Shown here piece after piece: positions 12,693 to 28,100 of a stretch of DNA of 64,000 nt (position 1 is the first letter of the stretch; each line of letters starts with the position of its first letter). The notes below the pieces were generated by a model, which saw nothing but the letters and a program-made list of their open reading frames with translations, ran no database searches and was not told the DNA's origin. A program made the translations under genes and the position numbers. The DNA comes from Callorhinchus milii (taxonomy: Eukaryota). The stretch spans positions 15,004,001 through 15,068,000 of the forward strand of contig NW_024704748.1 in assembly GCF_018977255.1 (NCBI RefSeq). Direction: 5' to 3'.

Positions 12693-15600
12693 TGAAATGC
12701 TATTATAAGATAGGATGGATGCGTGCCTGAGCTGGGTAATAAGTAGAGGTTATTAGTGGCTGAACGTACAGTTGAAGAGTTAGGTTTTTAGACTAGGGGG
12801 GAAAAAATCAGAACGAGGGAGCTACAAAAAGTGGGGGCAACGTGGTAGAAAGGTTGTTCGGGCAGAGCAAACGGGGTGCATGAAGCAGGCCAGAGTTTGG
12901 TGGAACAAAGAGTGTTGTCCAAGGGAGTTGGATTGCATGAGATCACAGGGGTAAGGTGGGCTAAGCCTTTGGAGCATTTGAAGGTAAGGATAAGGAACTT
13001 GAAATTGATCTGCTGAGGGATAGGAAGTCAGTGGAACAGGACGAGGGTGAGGCAGGTTGTAGAGGCATTTGAAGGGGATGACAATGAACTTTCAATTCAA
13101 ACTACCAGGGGAGACGGGCGAGCAGGGGTTTGGAGGTGTCAAGTCTGAAGGTGACAAAGGCACGAGAATGAGTGTTCTGGCTATGTTGGGTAAACTAATA
13201 CCAATAATTTATAAATAAATGATTGTTTTAAATGATCGGTAAAAGAATATAAATTGGGAAAACTTGATTCAAAAACCTGTTGCCTCTTCAAGATATCGAT
13301 CCTGTTGTAATGTCAGGTTCCAGCCACTCTGTGACGCTGCAGAAACAACAGTAAATTGTAATTCTGCATTCTGCCTCCCAAGTCGCTGGGAAGAGGCAAT
13401 GCAATAAACGTAGTCAAATCTTTTAAAGATCAAGACCAGAAAAAATCTTTACTGAGCAAGGGCTACAAATCTTAATGTAATGAACTTACAACTTATTTGG
13501 ATACCTCTCAACTTTAGTTTTCCTCCTTTAACTCTGGCTGCTTTTTCTCCTTCCCATTGATTTTTTTTACTAAATCCGCATTTATTTTATTAACTCTGCA
13601 TATGCACTAGTGTCCACTTGCCACTCTTTAAAAGTAATCAGAGTTCTGAAACGCTATTCTGCATGAAGGATGTTCTACAAATGCAAGTTGTTGTTGAAAT
13701 TCATATGACCCTTTATCAATGTCAAAATGTCTCAGGGAGCTTCACATATTGAATTAGTTTGAAGTGTACCAAGCAGAAATGGCAGAGACATGGCATGGAG
13801 GCTGAGTGTCGATCTGTTTGTCGGGAAGTGATATACGTTTGAGGAGCAACTGTAGAAAGGAATGGGAGGGAGAGAAATTCTTTTTTTTAAAAAAAGGAAG
13901 CAGTTTAAGAAATCATGCAAAGAGAAACTGGATCATGAATATGACACTGCACAAATACAATGCAAATACTGAGAAATTACCAGCATGGAACTATAACTGG
14001 GAATGGATAGAAAGGGCAGATCAAAACTGATCATCCTGGCCTATCTGTCTGATGGGTTGATTAATCCATTGGTTGTTTAATTCTGACCACAAAGCAATCC
14101 TGGGTTTATGATACAGTTTATATTAAATTTAAGATTTATTTGTGAGCACTCACATTACTTAGTATTTACAACAGTAACAACATATTTCAGTAGAATCAGA
14201 AAGCATAGCAAAATTCAATTTTTGTTAACAAATTCATAAAACAGCATTTTATGATAGCTAATCCATTCAGCATCTTTAGAAACCTTTCTGTGACTGAAGA
14301 TGTAATCTCTAGTAAGTATACCAACCATAGAATTCCTAGTAATCAGATGCAGATTATCTCTCAATACACTTGCATTTATCTCATAATCATTATCTTTGAA
14401 TATCAAAATGCATTAACAGCCCTGAGTGCTCTGGCAATCAACAGCAGAAAAAAAGGAGCCTATAAAGGAATACAATCTCTATAAAATTCTCGGTATATAT
14501 GACAAAGAGATCACATCTCTGCAGTGATTACAAGCCTTTAATCCAGTATCAATGCTCATATATGGATATTAAATTATAAGCAGTTTATCTTGCAGTTAAC
14601 ATAAGAAAACTCTGGAATAAGATGATGCCATGAAGCCCACCAAAGCTGCTCATCCCATTGCTACATGAACTCATACTAGTGAGTTTTGACTAGCCCCAAT
14701 ATGTTTGCCTCTATTGCCTTTTTTAGTAGATTATTCCAATCTTGGGGGTCAAACAGATCTGACACATGCAGAAACCCACCACCAAGCATGAGTATCCAAG
14801 CAAGACAGTTCCACATTTGTATGTTACCCACATGTTGAAATTTTCCTCTGTCTGGAACAAAATGTGTACTCTCCTCCAGACAAACTCACTCTGCTTACCT
14901 ATTCGCGAGTATTAGTGCTAGTTGTTGAGGATCAAGTCTTGGGGACGGCAGAGTGAGCGTTGGGCTACCTCTAGTGTTTAACCAGCTAAAACAATAGCTT
15001 GCCATTAAGAGCAGTATTTGGCATGCTTCCCTCTGTTTGTCCAGCTAAGACCACCCTGCTTTAAGTGAGCAGGAGTTGGCCATCAGCTGTCTGCTTAGTT
15101 TAGCTTAATAAATATTCCTACAATACCATTTTGTTTTCAGTAGGTGGCAATGCAGTAGGTGTAGGAAATATATAATGTATTACAGCACTGCAGCGGAACT
15201 TGTTTCTCGGGCTACAATTACAAGTATTTATTGGTCATGGGTTCTCAAGTGAGCCTCACTTGTGGAGATATTTCTCATGACACTGTTGGCCACAACATAT
15301 CCTTAATGTAGTGCTTTGCTGGTCTGAAAAGGATAAGCCTTCAATATAGGTTTGGCCAAGAAAACAAAACAGATAAAAAAAAACTTTACCAGTGCTTTCA
15401 AGAGACACACAAGAACGATCTGCAAAGTACTGCATGTGGTACCGAACCTTTCAAACCTGCTTTTTCCCCTCAGGCTAATATTTGTGGAATTGTTTAACGG
15501 AGAGCTGTATTACTATTCCGAGCGGGGGGGATAAACCTATAAACAAGAGAACATTTTTTAAAAAATGTTTGCAGCCCAAATGGGCAGCAGTGGGGAGGGA

Positions 15601-16137
15601 AATTCTGTCCCTTTTTATAACTTTAACAACCTTGGGCAGCAAGCAAAGCATTCAGTCAACAAAACCCAACCACAGTTATTACGTGTAGTTACAAAGTGAG
15701 AATGGCCATCAACAGTTATAAGAAATCATTCTTCAGTGTTACCTCAGTCCTCCCAATCTCATTCTGTTGACTTGCACCATTATTGCCATGAGATCCTAAC
15801 ACAGAGGAGTGTATACAACAAAATTACATTTATATAGCGCCATTCACGTCGGAAGGATGTCCCAAGGCTCTAAGGACGTATAAGGAGCAGCATCTGTCTA
15901 TGTACCAAGTCACATTAATCTATGGCATTCACAAAATGATGTACCAGCACCTCTTGGATGAATGGACTCAACAATATAAGAAAGAACCTGCATTTCCATG
16001 CCTCCTTATGACACTGAAATATTTCAAATCACTTCAGAGTTGTGATGAGTGAGTTTTCACCATCCCTATTTACCACTGATATGTAGCTTGTTCAATACAG
16101 TGTGCTCCCCGTCCAAATTCAAACAATCCATCTGCAT

Positions 16138-19100
16138 TCATTTGCAGACCTGCTCCTTCAGGTGAAGCAGAAAATCATAGTATGACATGGTTGACTCATT
16201 GCGGTCCTCAACCATATGCTGAACAAACGTGTTCCTCGTAGTACTGTCATCCCTGCCGAATTAAGAAAGCAACCTTATTAGATCCTGGCTTAATGCAGCT
16301 ATAATCTATTATGGCATTTTAAATCCTGTTGTTACACTCAATCTGAAAGCCCTGATTTCAGAATTTATGACTGTAAGATACTGCCGCCTGCTGCCATGAC
16401 TGTTATTGCACACAATAAGAATCAAGTATGGAATGAAGCGAGGTAATTCAGCCCATCAAGTCATAAATAATCTACAACGAGCACAGCATGAAACTTTTCA
16501 GACAATTATTAACCTCAGATAAAACTAACAATTTAAAACTTCTTTTAAATTCAGTGATATTTCACCTTGTTTGGTATCAAAACTGTTTGGAAATTTCCAT
16601 TTCTCTCACCTCCACAGCAAGTGAGAACTTTATCCTCACCTCACACAAGCTTAGCTGCCAAAAGATAGAATCAGTTATCTATATGTAATTATTTAGTAAA
16701 TCATTGAGGGAGCTTGTTGGCAAACATATACTTAAGATTTTCTGCTGTTTTCTTAATAGGTACATTGAATTTGAGCCAAGGAGGATGTGTGACTGCTCCT
16801 TCTCATTCACTCCTGTCCTGTCTTCCTTTGTCTGATGGATGATCCAGAATTAGATCATATTAAAAGAAAATAGTAATGCTGCTCTTTGGTGTAGCCACGA
16901 GCAAGCAGTCTTGAGTAATAATAAAAAAATCCTTGTATTTGAAATATTGTAGTGCCTTATCAGTCAAAACATGTCAAAGTACTTCAGAGTTTTTTTGTAA
17001 TGTGTATTTGTAGATCAAAGATGCTGTCAATTTGTGCACAGCAAATGTGTCCCAAACAGTCATGATGTGACTGACCAATTTAACTAAAGGATTGACCAGG
17101 ATACTGAAGAAACTCCCTCTCTTTTCAAATAGTGTCACTGTACCTTTAATATCTACCCACAGATGATACCTTGATTTAACATCTCATGTTAAGGACGCCA
17201 CCTCTACTGCTTTCGAATGTGAGCCATAACTTACACTCGAATCAGTTGCAAATGTGGAACCAGCTGAGCCAGGCTGACACTCAAGTACTGTGGAAAGGAA
17301 CCTCTTGCAATCCCTCTCCAATCCACTCTGTAGTGCAAACACCAGTTAGAACTCAAGGATCCCAATCATAGGTAACTTGACCAACCCACGTGAGGATGTG
17401 AAGGTTGGTGGTTATTAATCAGTGGAGAATCAAAAACGTTCCCTTGAAAAGTTGATTAAGGACAATCAGAGAATCGCTCTTGATATGTAAACGTGTTTCC
17501 TCACTGTGAGACCAAGATTTCAGCATAGTGCAGGATATTTCTCCGGCTGTCTGAAAAAAAGTTTAAGTGATACTTTGTAAAAGTTTTCACTCACTTGATG
17601 ACGTAACATGGTGCATGAAAAAGTCTCCCATTTCTCATGGATGTTATTAATGTCTGAACAAGCTTTGAAGTGGGGTTCTGGAATTTAGGCAGTAATGTCT
17701 GAAATACAGCACAACAAAATAATCAATACTGTACAGCACTTAAGTTTTAGTTTGCACTTGTTTCCTTTCACTACGGAGCACAGAGAATTAGACAGACATC
17801 AGCAAACATATTGTATAAGCACAAATATCAATAAGCTGGGGTATGATGGGGTGAGAAAGAATATCCATATAATATGGCCATCTGACTAACGTATGTGAAA
17901 ATGACCTAAGCTGTATGAATCCCAGACATCCAATTCCTCAGTGATTTTGGTATGATGTAACTCTTTATGGAACATAACTTGCTTTTCCCTACTCATGATC
18001 TACCTTTTCAGTGTCCCCCAAGACCATGTACGTACTGCATATTGGAGGGCAGAACAAGTGAACTGCTCCCAGAGCAGTCTGTGCCACTCTTGGCCAATTG
18101 CTGAGCTGCACATCTTATGACCTGTCACCAAACAGACAAACCCTATCTTAATAACATAAAAAACAGCCCATAAATCACACTGAGATGAAAAAAAATGAAG
18201 AATTTAAATGGTTCTATTACTTGTTGGCACTGTGCTTCATTCTGACACTACTGTTGCAGCTGAGTTATGCTGTAACATCAGAAACACCAAGAATTTTATT
18301 CTTTAAAAGCCAATATCCAACTAATCCTTCCACAGCACACAGCTGAAAGTAAGCAATGGTCCAATCCATAGTCCACAGTAAATGTCTTGTGAGCAAATGG
18401 ACAGGTATCAATCTGATAGTCCTGTGTGATCAAAATTTAACACAGTTTTCTGGGTTTTAGAGAGCGAGAATTCTGCAGTGGATACAGATAGCAGATAAAC
18501 CACTTACCAGAGTAGGTGATAGAGAGGTATAACTCGACACTCCTAAAACCTTGTTCAAGAAGCTAGTGCTGCAATGCTTGCCAACCCAAATATACAAAAC
18601 CTAATGACAAGAACACAGAGCAGTCTGGTAACTGAAGCATTCCACCGAAGCAGCATTAGGGCATTTTTCAGAACTTGCCACAAATGGGACACCACTACTC
18701 ACTCACCAGCAATTATGTATGCCTGAATATGTAGCTGCTACCAGAATTTTGCTGGAATCTTGTACACTACACTCTCAGATAGGAGTTTTATCTGCTTTTT
18801 GTACTGTCATGTAATCCTAAATATCGTTAATGTCATATGTTCCATCATTTTAGATTTTAGGGCCAGCCCAATAAGAAAACATTAGCAATTAAAAATGTTA
18901 TGACATAGACACAAACAAAGAGACAGCTAATGGGTCTTTACCAGATTGTGCAATTCAGGTAAAGGGTAACGTTGGAAAAGCAAAAGCGATATTGAATCAG
19001 GCAGTTAGAAGAAAGCAGAAGATTCCAATACAAGTCCAAAAAAAGAGAGGGGAGAAATGTTATCTACAAGTTACCTTGACTCCACCTAGGTATAACTAAC

Positions 19101-22100
19101 AGTATTTTCTCTCAGTCAACATCTCTTAATAAGATCAATACATTAATTTGCAAGAAGAGTATATCTTTCAATGGGTTTCTAGAAACAATTTCTTTGCCAA
19201 GTTTCTTTGAACATTTATTAACACTTACATTGCCACAGTCCATTAGAAAGGCACCTTGAAGAGTAAGGTTATCTACAGAGAGCTGAATCAAGGCTGGTCT
19301 CTTCACTGTCTTATCTTCTGATTCCATGGAGGTCTGTTAGAGTAAAACAAAGAAAACAGGAGGGAAGCTTGTTTACCAATCTCACTATCATGTATCTGGG
19401 ATACCATTGAATGAACACCAATAGAAAAAAAACACTGAAAATCTATCATGCTACACATTAATTCCAGTGCTCACACCATACGTAACCTTGTCACTGGTGA
19501 AGGTATCAATTCGGAACAGGTCAGGGTACACCATCCGCATCACAAAAGTCAATGGCTGTGTCATCAGCTGGTACATAGTGAAAACACGCTCATCGAGGCT
19601 CAGAGCTACGTCTGTCTGAAAGGCCGACTGTAACATAAAATGTTTAATATCAGCAGTTGGTCCCATCAGTATCACACTATTAGGGGTTGTGCCTAAAATA
19701 CACAGTCGCCTATAGAAATGCACAGAAAACTCCGTGAAGCACTTTGAAACGTTTTGCCATGATAAAGTACTGCATCAAATTATTACTATCATCACACCTG
19801 CCCATTTTCTCAACAACATTGCATTGCACAGAGAGATGTAGAGAAAGGAAGTTAACAGAGATTGAAAGGATGCGCATAATACTCAAATTTCCCTCTCCTA
19901 GTTCATGACTTGTGAACTCGCAGAGCCCTACAACACACTGCTTTTGCAACAGTTCAAAGCATGGGGTCTGCGCAAGTGTTCAGACTTAAACATTGTGCAA
20001 TTTTATTTAGTGTTCCTAAAGGCTTAAAATAAATGCTGATTATCTAAACTTATGACCGCATTGCCATAGAGGAAAATCTGGTTGAAATCTGGAAGCAGTG
20101 TAGCAAGTCTGTACAAGTGATACAAGGAGACAGAAACATAGAACTATATCCTGCCGTGACCTTTTACCTGTTTGAGCAGGGCCAGTACATACAGCGGAAG
20201 TTGCTGTAAGCTATAAGGGACGATGAGGCCAAAATGGTGTGGACTGGAAGCTGAATTCTGGTAGGCAGTGAGAGCATCTGTCACAGCCTGCATCAGTTCT
20301 TCTCGGGCGTAAGCAAGGCAGGACCTCACTGCACGATCCACTGCTGTAAGAAACCACAAAACACACAGTCGCTACACTTTACAGTGTATCCTCTGAAGCG
20401 CTTTGAGACATGATAAGCCGCGGTATCAAATATAAGGATTATTATGATTATTATTATCAACCACACAGAGAAAGGAATACTTTGTAAAGAAACATGTAGA
20501 GAAGGACAAAACAGACCCTTTCATACATGTAACCCTTGGAATGTTGGCATCTCGCAAATTTTGAACTTCTTAAGTTTCAACTCCCCCTATTATTCTTAAC
20601 ATCCCTCCTTCTCATCCCTTCACCTAGAACCCCTATATTTAAATCCTCAAGCCTCCCAAAATTTCTAGAAAGCTGTGATTCCCAATCATAGTTATGCAGG
20701 CCGCCATCTTCTGTTGGCTAATTTTTTCACTTTCTAAACTTTTTTAATACTAAGGCAGATATTTTAAAACTGTGAACTCAAGTGAGGCTGAGATAAAGAA
20801 ATGGCCCCTGAAGTCTTGGAATCACTGAGGCATATTCTTGTAACTGTTTTCCGTGATTTTTCTGAAGAGTTGTTAACAAATATCAATTTGATATGGAAAG
20901 CATATGATCTAAGATCCTTCCAAATGGTCTTTGACAAAGCTCCATGTGAAATACTCCTTTACAAACTGATCACACTCGATATCAAAGATTAGACATAAAA
21001 TGTGACTTAGTAACTGTCTGAAAGGAAGGAAGCAGAAGATAGTCCTTAGTGGACCTAGGTCAAAATGGGGAGAGATATTAAATGTTTTACCTCAGGAATC
21101 TGTTCAGACATCCTTCCGGAGCCTTGTATACATCAATGGCCTAGCTTCACAGACTCAGTACAAGGTAGTAAAAGTGAAGGGTGCTATATAAAGGCAAGTT
21201 GTCCTTGTTGTTATAGTTAAATATGTAGGTAACACAAATTTAGGGAGTTAGGGAGTTTTGGTCAATTCTGTGCAAACCCACTGTACCTCCTTAATTCCCT
21301 GATACTAGATGAGAGTTGGAAGTTGCACCTGATCCACCCAACTATGTATCACCACTTTGCTCCACCACTAAGCAATATCACCATCATGCTTCATGTATGT
21401 TTGTGTGAAATTATTATTCGTTTCACCAGTTTGTAGATTATCTTACCTTTTTTAGAAAGAATTCCCACGGTAGCAAGTACATCAACTCCTGCATAAACCT
21501 CACTCGGGGAACTTACGACAGGTAAGCAATATGTGTGGATCCGAACCCGCCGCTCACCTACAAATGCAGCACTGAGTAAGGCCTGTAGTAACTTACAAAG
21601 TCAGCTCACAAACAACAGTGAAAATGGTTTGCAGCTACAGCATGCATGTTGGAGCAGCAGTTCACAGAACAGCTTTGCGGAGCCCTGGGAATAAAGTACC
21701 TGCCCTCTCACTCAGGGAGGGAGGCAACAAAAATAAAATATTACCTAACAAAGGGGAATACATTTACAATGTTAAGCAGGAAATGGGTGGATTATTCAGC
21801 ACCTTGACTGCCGCTAAAAAGCAGTATATCGTGGATGGCTTACCATCATGGGGGCAGGAAAAGCAGACACAGACTGAAGTAAATGTAAGGGAATAAAGCT
21901 AGTTCCAAAAGCATTCTCATTGAGAATGCGGAGAAGCTGGCAGAGTGGGTCGTACCTTGGCTGGAAGTGTAGATTAGAGATAACTGGAACACCACAAATG
22001 TGCTCTCACTCAGAGATCCATCAATCAACATCTGAACGGCAAATTCTGTGTGAGGACAGATAGTGGGCAGGCATAGCAGCTCAGTCGTCTGCAGGAAAGA

Positions 22101-25100
22101 ATTGCCATAAAATGTGTGCAGAAGGAGACCTGAATTTCATGGAGTTAAGACAAAGGTTACAATGAAGCATGCTTTCTTATAAACAGTCATAAGCTTAAGG
22201 ACTTGTCATAAATGTCCACACCCTGCTCCACCATATACTTTGATTATACACAGCTTATTCTGGATCAGTCATCCCACCTGTTTGGGTGCAAAGAAAATCC
22301 CTTCACCTTGTGTGTATCGTATCCTGAGCAGCGCCTCAAAGCCAACAGAACGGGTCAAATAGTACTGGAATTCTTCCTGAAACTTCTCAACCAAGAAATA
22401 GGTGTGTATATGATGGAGTCCTGGATAATAGTACACACAGCCACACGTGTACCTGGAAATACAAGCTGCAGAAACACATTGTAATCAAGAATTAAAGACG
22501 TCCACAGTAAGGAGTCATGGTCTGAAACTCAGAAGGGAATGGCTGAATAGCTAGTTCAGAATTAACTGCTTTACATAGAAAATAATTAACAATGCAGAAC
22601 AGTTTGCTCACAGAGTTGGTAGAGACAGGTGACACGGGCAATTTCAAGAGGGAATTGGATTCATTTTTGATGGCAAAATTGGTTGGAGCAACAGTGTGTG
22701 AGCTGGGAAGAAATGTCATTTGAAAATGACCTGGGGAGTTTCTAGTCCTATGTACTTATACACATTGTATAGTACGGTCACTAAACCGGGTTGTCTAAAC
22801 CAAAAAGTAACAATGTGTTTACAAGCTACATTCTTACAGAGATCTCCTTACAATCAATCTTTTTCAATTATCCCAACCCAACAGAGTTTCACTGCATGAC
22901 ATTGCCCCCAAAAAATACATTTGTGACAACTGTACTAATTTTTTTATCTCAACACCGTAAGTAGCATTTACCTATGGAAGCAAGGTCAGCATACTGCTCG
23001 CTGAGCAAGAACAAGTCCACACAGGTCTGCTGGCCACAGAACTCCAATGCAAGCACCTTGTAGAAGTCGATGGCTGGTCCCAATTGCTCACTTCCCTGAG
23101 AGAAGATAAGAGAAAAAAAAGGCTAGTAAATCTGAGCACTTTGAACTCAGCGCCCTTTTTAATCCTATTCAGGTGAACTTTGTTAATAGAAAAAAACATT
23201 AAATTGTAGGGTTGGAGGGGAGGAGAAAAAATTCTTCCAAGTAATTAATTGTTATTATTATTATTAAGAACAAAAGAATTGCTAGATGAAAGAAGACCAA
23301 GATCCATCCAGTTTGCCTTCCACCATCCTGGTAGTGGCATGCACATGTTATGTCCCAAACTGTATACTGTATCCCAAGATATTATTATTATTGAAACATG
23401 GCTTACATACCAGGTTACTTCCTCCAGGGCTTTCTCGTGGCTGCAGGGAGCCACAGCCTATGTTGGGTAACTGGGTCAAAAACACAGACACACGACCACC
23501 ACTGTAAGCCAGGAGTTTCTGAGCAGCCTGCAATGCAGGCCCCAAAGCGCACTGTGCCTGCTGAGTCTCTCGGAACATATCCGGCAATTCTTCAAGCAGA
23601 GAAACAAGCAGCTATTACAAAGAAAAGTTAGTGCAGGAATCAGAAAAAGGAAGGTAATGGTCAAACATTTAACAACACAGGAGCTATGTTTCATTTATTC
23701 GTAGGCTGTTTCAGAAACTAGTGGAGGCTTACAAGAAACAACATATCAACTTAATGAATACGGTTTTAAACACCAAGGTATGTAGAAAATATTGGTGAAT
23801 TTACAACTCTCGAGGATTAACTTAGATAATTAGTTTTCCAACCCAAAAAAAAATCCATATGAGACTTGGTTAAGCTGGCAAGAAGCACAAGGGTGTGTAA
23901 AATATCAATATCAATTGATATGTTACTATTATTTGTGGCTTAATGTTGAAGACAGGCCAAATATCAATTGAAAGGAACTGCTTAACTCATTTTTTAAAAA
24001 CTCTGGAGCCAGCTGATAGAAAACAATAAGATTGAATCCAATGAAATGCAAGGCAGTGATTAGCTATTATGCTTCATCAAACAGATTCACAAGGAATAAG
24101 TAAGGGCATGCAATTACCTCCCTGCTTTGGTGAAGATTCACTAGCAACTTCTCTTCATTCGGCACAAAGACATCTAGAACAAGAAAGACATACACAACAT
24201 CAATTCTTTTGAAGTACGGAGGCAATTGCCTGTGACTGCTTCCATCTGTGTGGAGGTTCATTGCCATTAAAGATATGGCTGACGTTTGGAAAATGTATAC
24301 CACAATGAAACTTATAATAAACTCAAATGTACGGAAAACATCCAACCTAATTTGTGTGTAAAGTGACTTACAGTGAACCTAAGTGTGATTTCCCATTGTT
24401 TGCCTGTAACTAGCAATAGAATGCTTTTAATATTCATTTAAACAATGACCAGAAAACAAACTAATCTTCGCCTGCAAAGCAACTGCTCAGAGACTCAGTA
24501 GACATATAGTGGTAACTTCAGTCAATGCAATGAAACATGCACAGCCATTTAGTGAGAGGGAAAACACAGTGCAGAATTCAAACCTCCACAGCCATCTGCA
24601 AATACATCAAATGCCAAACAAAGTGCTGAACTGTCCTGCATGCCACGTTAATACTGCAGCTCAGCTAGCAACCATGTTCAGAGCTGGGTTTTCTCAGTGC
24701 CTCTGGAGGAAGCACTGTCAGAACAAACAAGTTGAACATAACTTCAGGGCTGCTAGCTGTTATTTTCTGAGTGGTAAATGTATGAATACAGGAAAGTGTG
24801 GCAGGTTTGTTTTCCATTACTGGCCTGGAACAGAAGTTCCCCACACAGCAGCTGATGTAATATTTTGTGTCTTTGGAATCGACTACACACTGCTATAATC
24901 AGAAGTGCCACATCTTGGAGATTATGGGCTTTGTCTTTCTAATGAGGCACAAATATGCTCAGTGTCAGGTACACTGTTTGTATCCTTCTGTGGTTTGCAG
25001 TAGTGATTGACACCAGTTGTAATGGCTTACTACATCCATGGAATACAGTGAAAATGTATTAATAAAATTATTGATAAATCAAATCAGAATTAACAAAACT

Positions 25101-28100
25101 GTAAGTACAGAGCAATTACTAACTCATAAATGTTTAAATGTTAATTATTTAGGGCGAGCTAAAATATATTCAATCCCTCGTTTGAATTTGACTCATCTTT
25201 CCAATTAATACAGAGACATTATCTTAGTCCTGGAGTCCTGTAGCTCAGTGGTTAGAGCACTCGCTTTGTAAGCGAGAGACCTGAATTCAATTCCAGGCAG
25301 GGCGAAACCTTGGGCAAGTTTCCTTACTCCACACGCCTAATAATAATCCCTCCAAAACCAAAAACAATAATTAAATTGGTCATTTTCAATCTACGACTGT
25401 TTGTGGGACATTGCTGTGCGCAATTGGCTGCCGCGTTCGCCCACAAATATACAGTCAATTCACTTTACAGTGTGTTCTGTGAAGCGCTTTGGGACGTCCT
25501 CCCGACGTGAAAAGCGCTATATCAAATGCAAGGATTATTATTATTATTACAATCAGGTAACCATTTAGAATATAAACGCCACAATACCCTCATCAAGCAA
25601 GTATTTTGTACATATAATTATCACGCACGTATGCTGATATACACATAGATATCCTATACGTATACAGACACATCACATACAAATATATTCCAACATACTC
25701 ATTCAGACTCACATTCACATACATCAAAAGTCCCTATCTACTAACCGTAAGGAATTTAGCAAGTCTTCTGCAAAATGGTAGTTCACACATCTTCCATCAA
25801 ATATAACTCATCATATCCACAACAATTTGAGGTTATTTTGTATCAATAATGACAGACAGATGTTTTTACTGAATACTAATATGCAATCAATGTTTTACAG
25901 TCTATGTAATCTGTTCATTATAAAGATTTTTATGCAAAAATTCTGATTTTAATTATATGCCACAGAATCAAATGTCTGTATTCTAACACTGTCAAAGTGT
26001 CAAATAGCGACTTACCATCAATCTCGGACATGACCATCATACGCGGTCGGGAGAGACTCCTATGCAAATTGTAGAAGTTAACTGTGCTGTCAAAAGTGAT
26101 GAATCCAATGCGAGTTTCTGAATCTTCCAGTAACCTAGGTAACAAAGACAGGAGGCAATGTATGAATGGAATTATCTTTAAATTAGGATCTATAGTCATT
26201 TCTCGTCCATTGCTTGCTTGATCAGTAAGACTGCTCTGGGGAGGAATGATCTTGTCGGAACTCATCAGAAGCAAGTGAACCAAAGTAAAGGAACTTCACT
26301 ATAAAAAGGTTTTTCAACCCATCAAGACTGCCACTTCCACAAACGCCTGCATGAATGATTCTATTATGGATTCACACTCCTTCCCAATGATTTATTCTCC
26401 TGAGTCAATGTTCTGCATAAATTAGTGTCACTCAGTGAGGTTCTGCCAAGTCTTACGCTATGTTTTGCTGGAGGGCCATTTGCTGTAATACTCTAACATG
26501 CTGCAGCTCGAAGATCTGCGGTCAAAATTTCACCAACACATTGAAATTTCCAACAGTCCCTCATGGCAGCCAGATACGTCCACCATTAGAAGATGAGAAA
26601 ACAGTACACCCTCAAAGCCCACGATAGCTTTTAAATTCAAACGTTACAGCCTTAGGCATTAACAAATGTTTTGTTCTAAATTGAAAACAGCAGCATTTAC
26701 ATCTCCCTGATAATTTCTGGGCACATGAGCTCTGGTACAATGACAACTTGTAGTCCTTGCCAACAGATGAAACAGAAGCTCTGAAAGTAAACAAATGCAA
26801 GTATTTTTGCACTCTGATATCTCATTAATCAAAAAGAATCAACTTTATTTCCTTCAAGTTTTTGGGCTATTCCCAGAAATACCTTCAGACCAAAAACCAT
26901 AGTGAGATAGAGCTGCGTTAAGAGCTTTGCCTATAGCCACTGAATGCCTCACCTATCTATGTTGTCCAGCAGGATTTGGCAAACAATCTGCAGGTAGCCA
27001 GTTTCCACTGCTCTGTAACTGACGTCAAACATAAACAAGTATGTTGCAGGTTGAGGGGGACGAGCCTGAGGAGCCATAAAGAGATAATAAAGTGCAATCA
27101 GCAAACTTCATCCATCGGCCTGCTAATCAGTTACACGGTACATGTATGTTACTTCACAGTAATTGACTTGTATTGGGTACACCTCTACTGTGCCTTACCG
27201 TACAGTGTTGGTTGCTGACTCACTTCAACAGAGATTCTGTCAGTATCAACCCACTGTGCCACAATGTGCAACTTACACAAAGACACTGAGCAGAGGCTGG
27301 GCACTATGTCACAGCAACAGAAAATCTCTCCACATTTGTGGAGAGTCATTTGTGCCCTCATTTGATCTGCGATGTATGATGTGGTATTAAGTAAAACTTA
27401 GAGAGGGAAGAAAAGGTAAAATAACTTTCTAGTTTTAACAAAAGAGAGATACTTTTATCTGACCCAAGTGGAAGGGAAATGTTCAAGTACAATGGAAGAG
27501 GTAGCTATAACTGGTTCTGTACAGTGGGATGGTAGCTGTTCCCATTACAGCTGACCTGTAAACATTTTTGGGGGGTCAGCCAGGTGTTTGACATATGCAG
27601 AACCCATCACTATGCTTAAGAGTATCCAAACCAAGCTGAGATTTCCATGCGTCCTTCATACACATGGGAAATTCCAGAGATAGATTGTTGGAATGGAATG
27701 CGCACTCTCTCCCTGGAGGGATGCATCCTACTAACGTAATTCCAGAAGGTATTACGCCTTCCGATCTGTACAGAGTGATTATCAGTGGGTGGGGACATCC
27801 CCCCGACGTGAAAGACGCTCTATAATTTTAATTTTGTTGTTGTTGTTGTTTGTTGTTGTTGTATTTGGCACAGGTTGGCATGAGCCAAGGCTTGGGGACC
27901 TCAGGATGTGCATTGGGGTAACTGCTGGAGTCTAACAAACTACAACTACATAGCTTACAATGAAGGAAACTGCACAATTGGACACAACTGGACATGGTAC
28001 ATACAGATGGTCTGTACAGAGTGATGGTGAATGTACAAGTCGTACATGTGAATCAGATGGAAGAGGAAGTTCCTGCAACAGGTGATCTGTAAAGTGGAGG

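Noticed and set aside
17390-17550. Candidate penultimate SEC24 exon
   Set aside because: No homology and stops in all frames; 17698-17595 fits in size, phase and sequence.
25231-25303. tRNA gene
   Set aside because: It is the head of a SINE, continuous with the SINE body and repeated in other copies.
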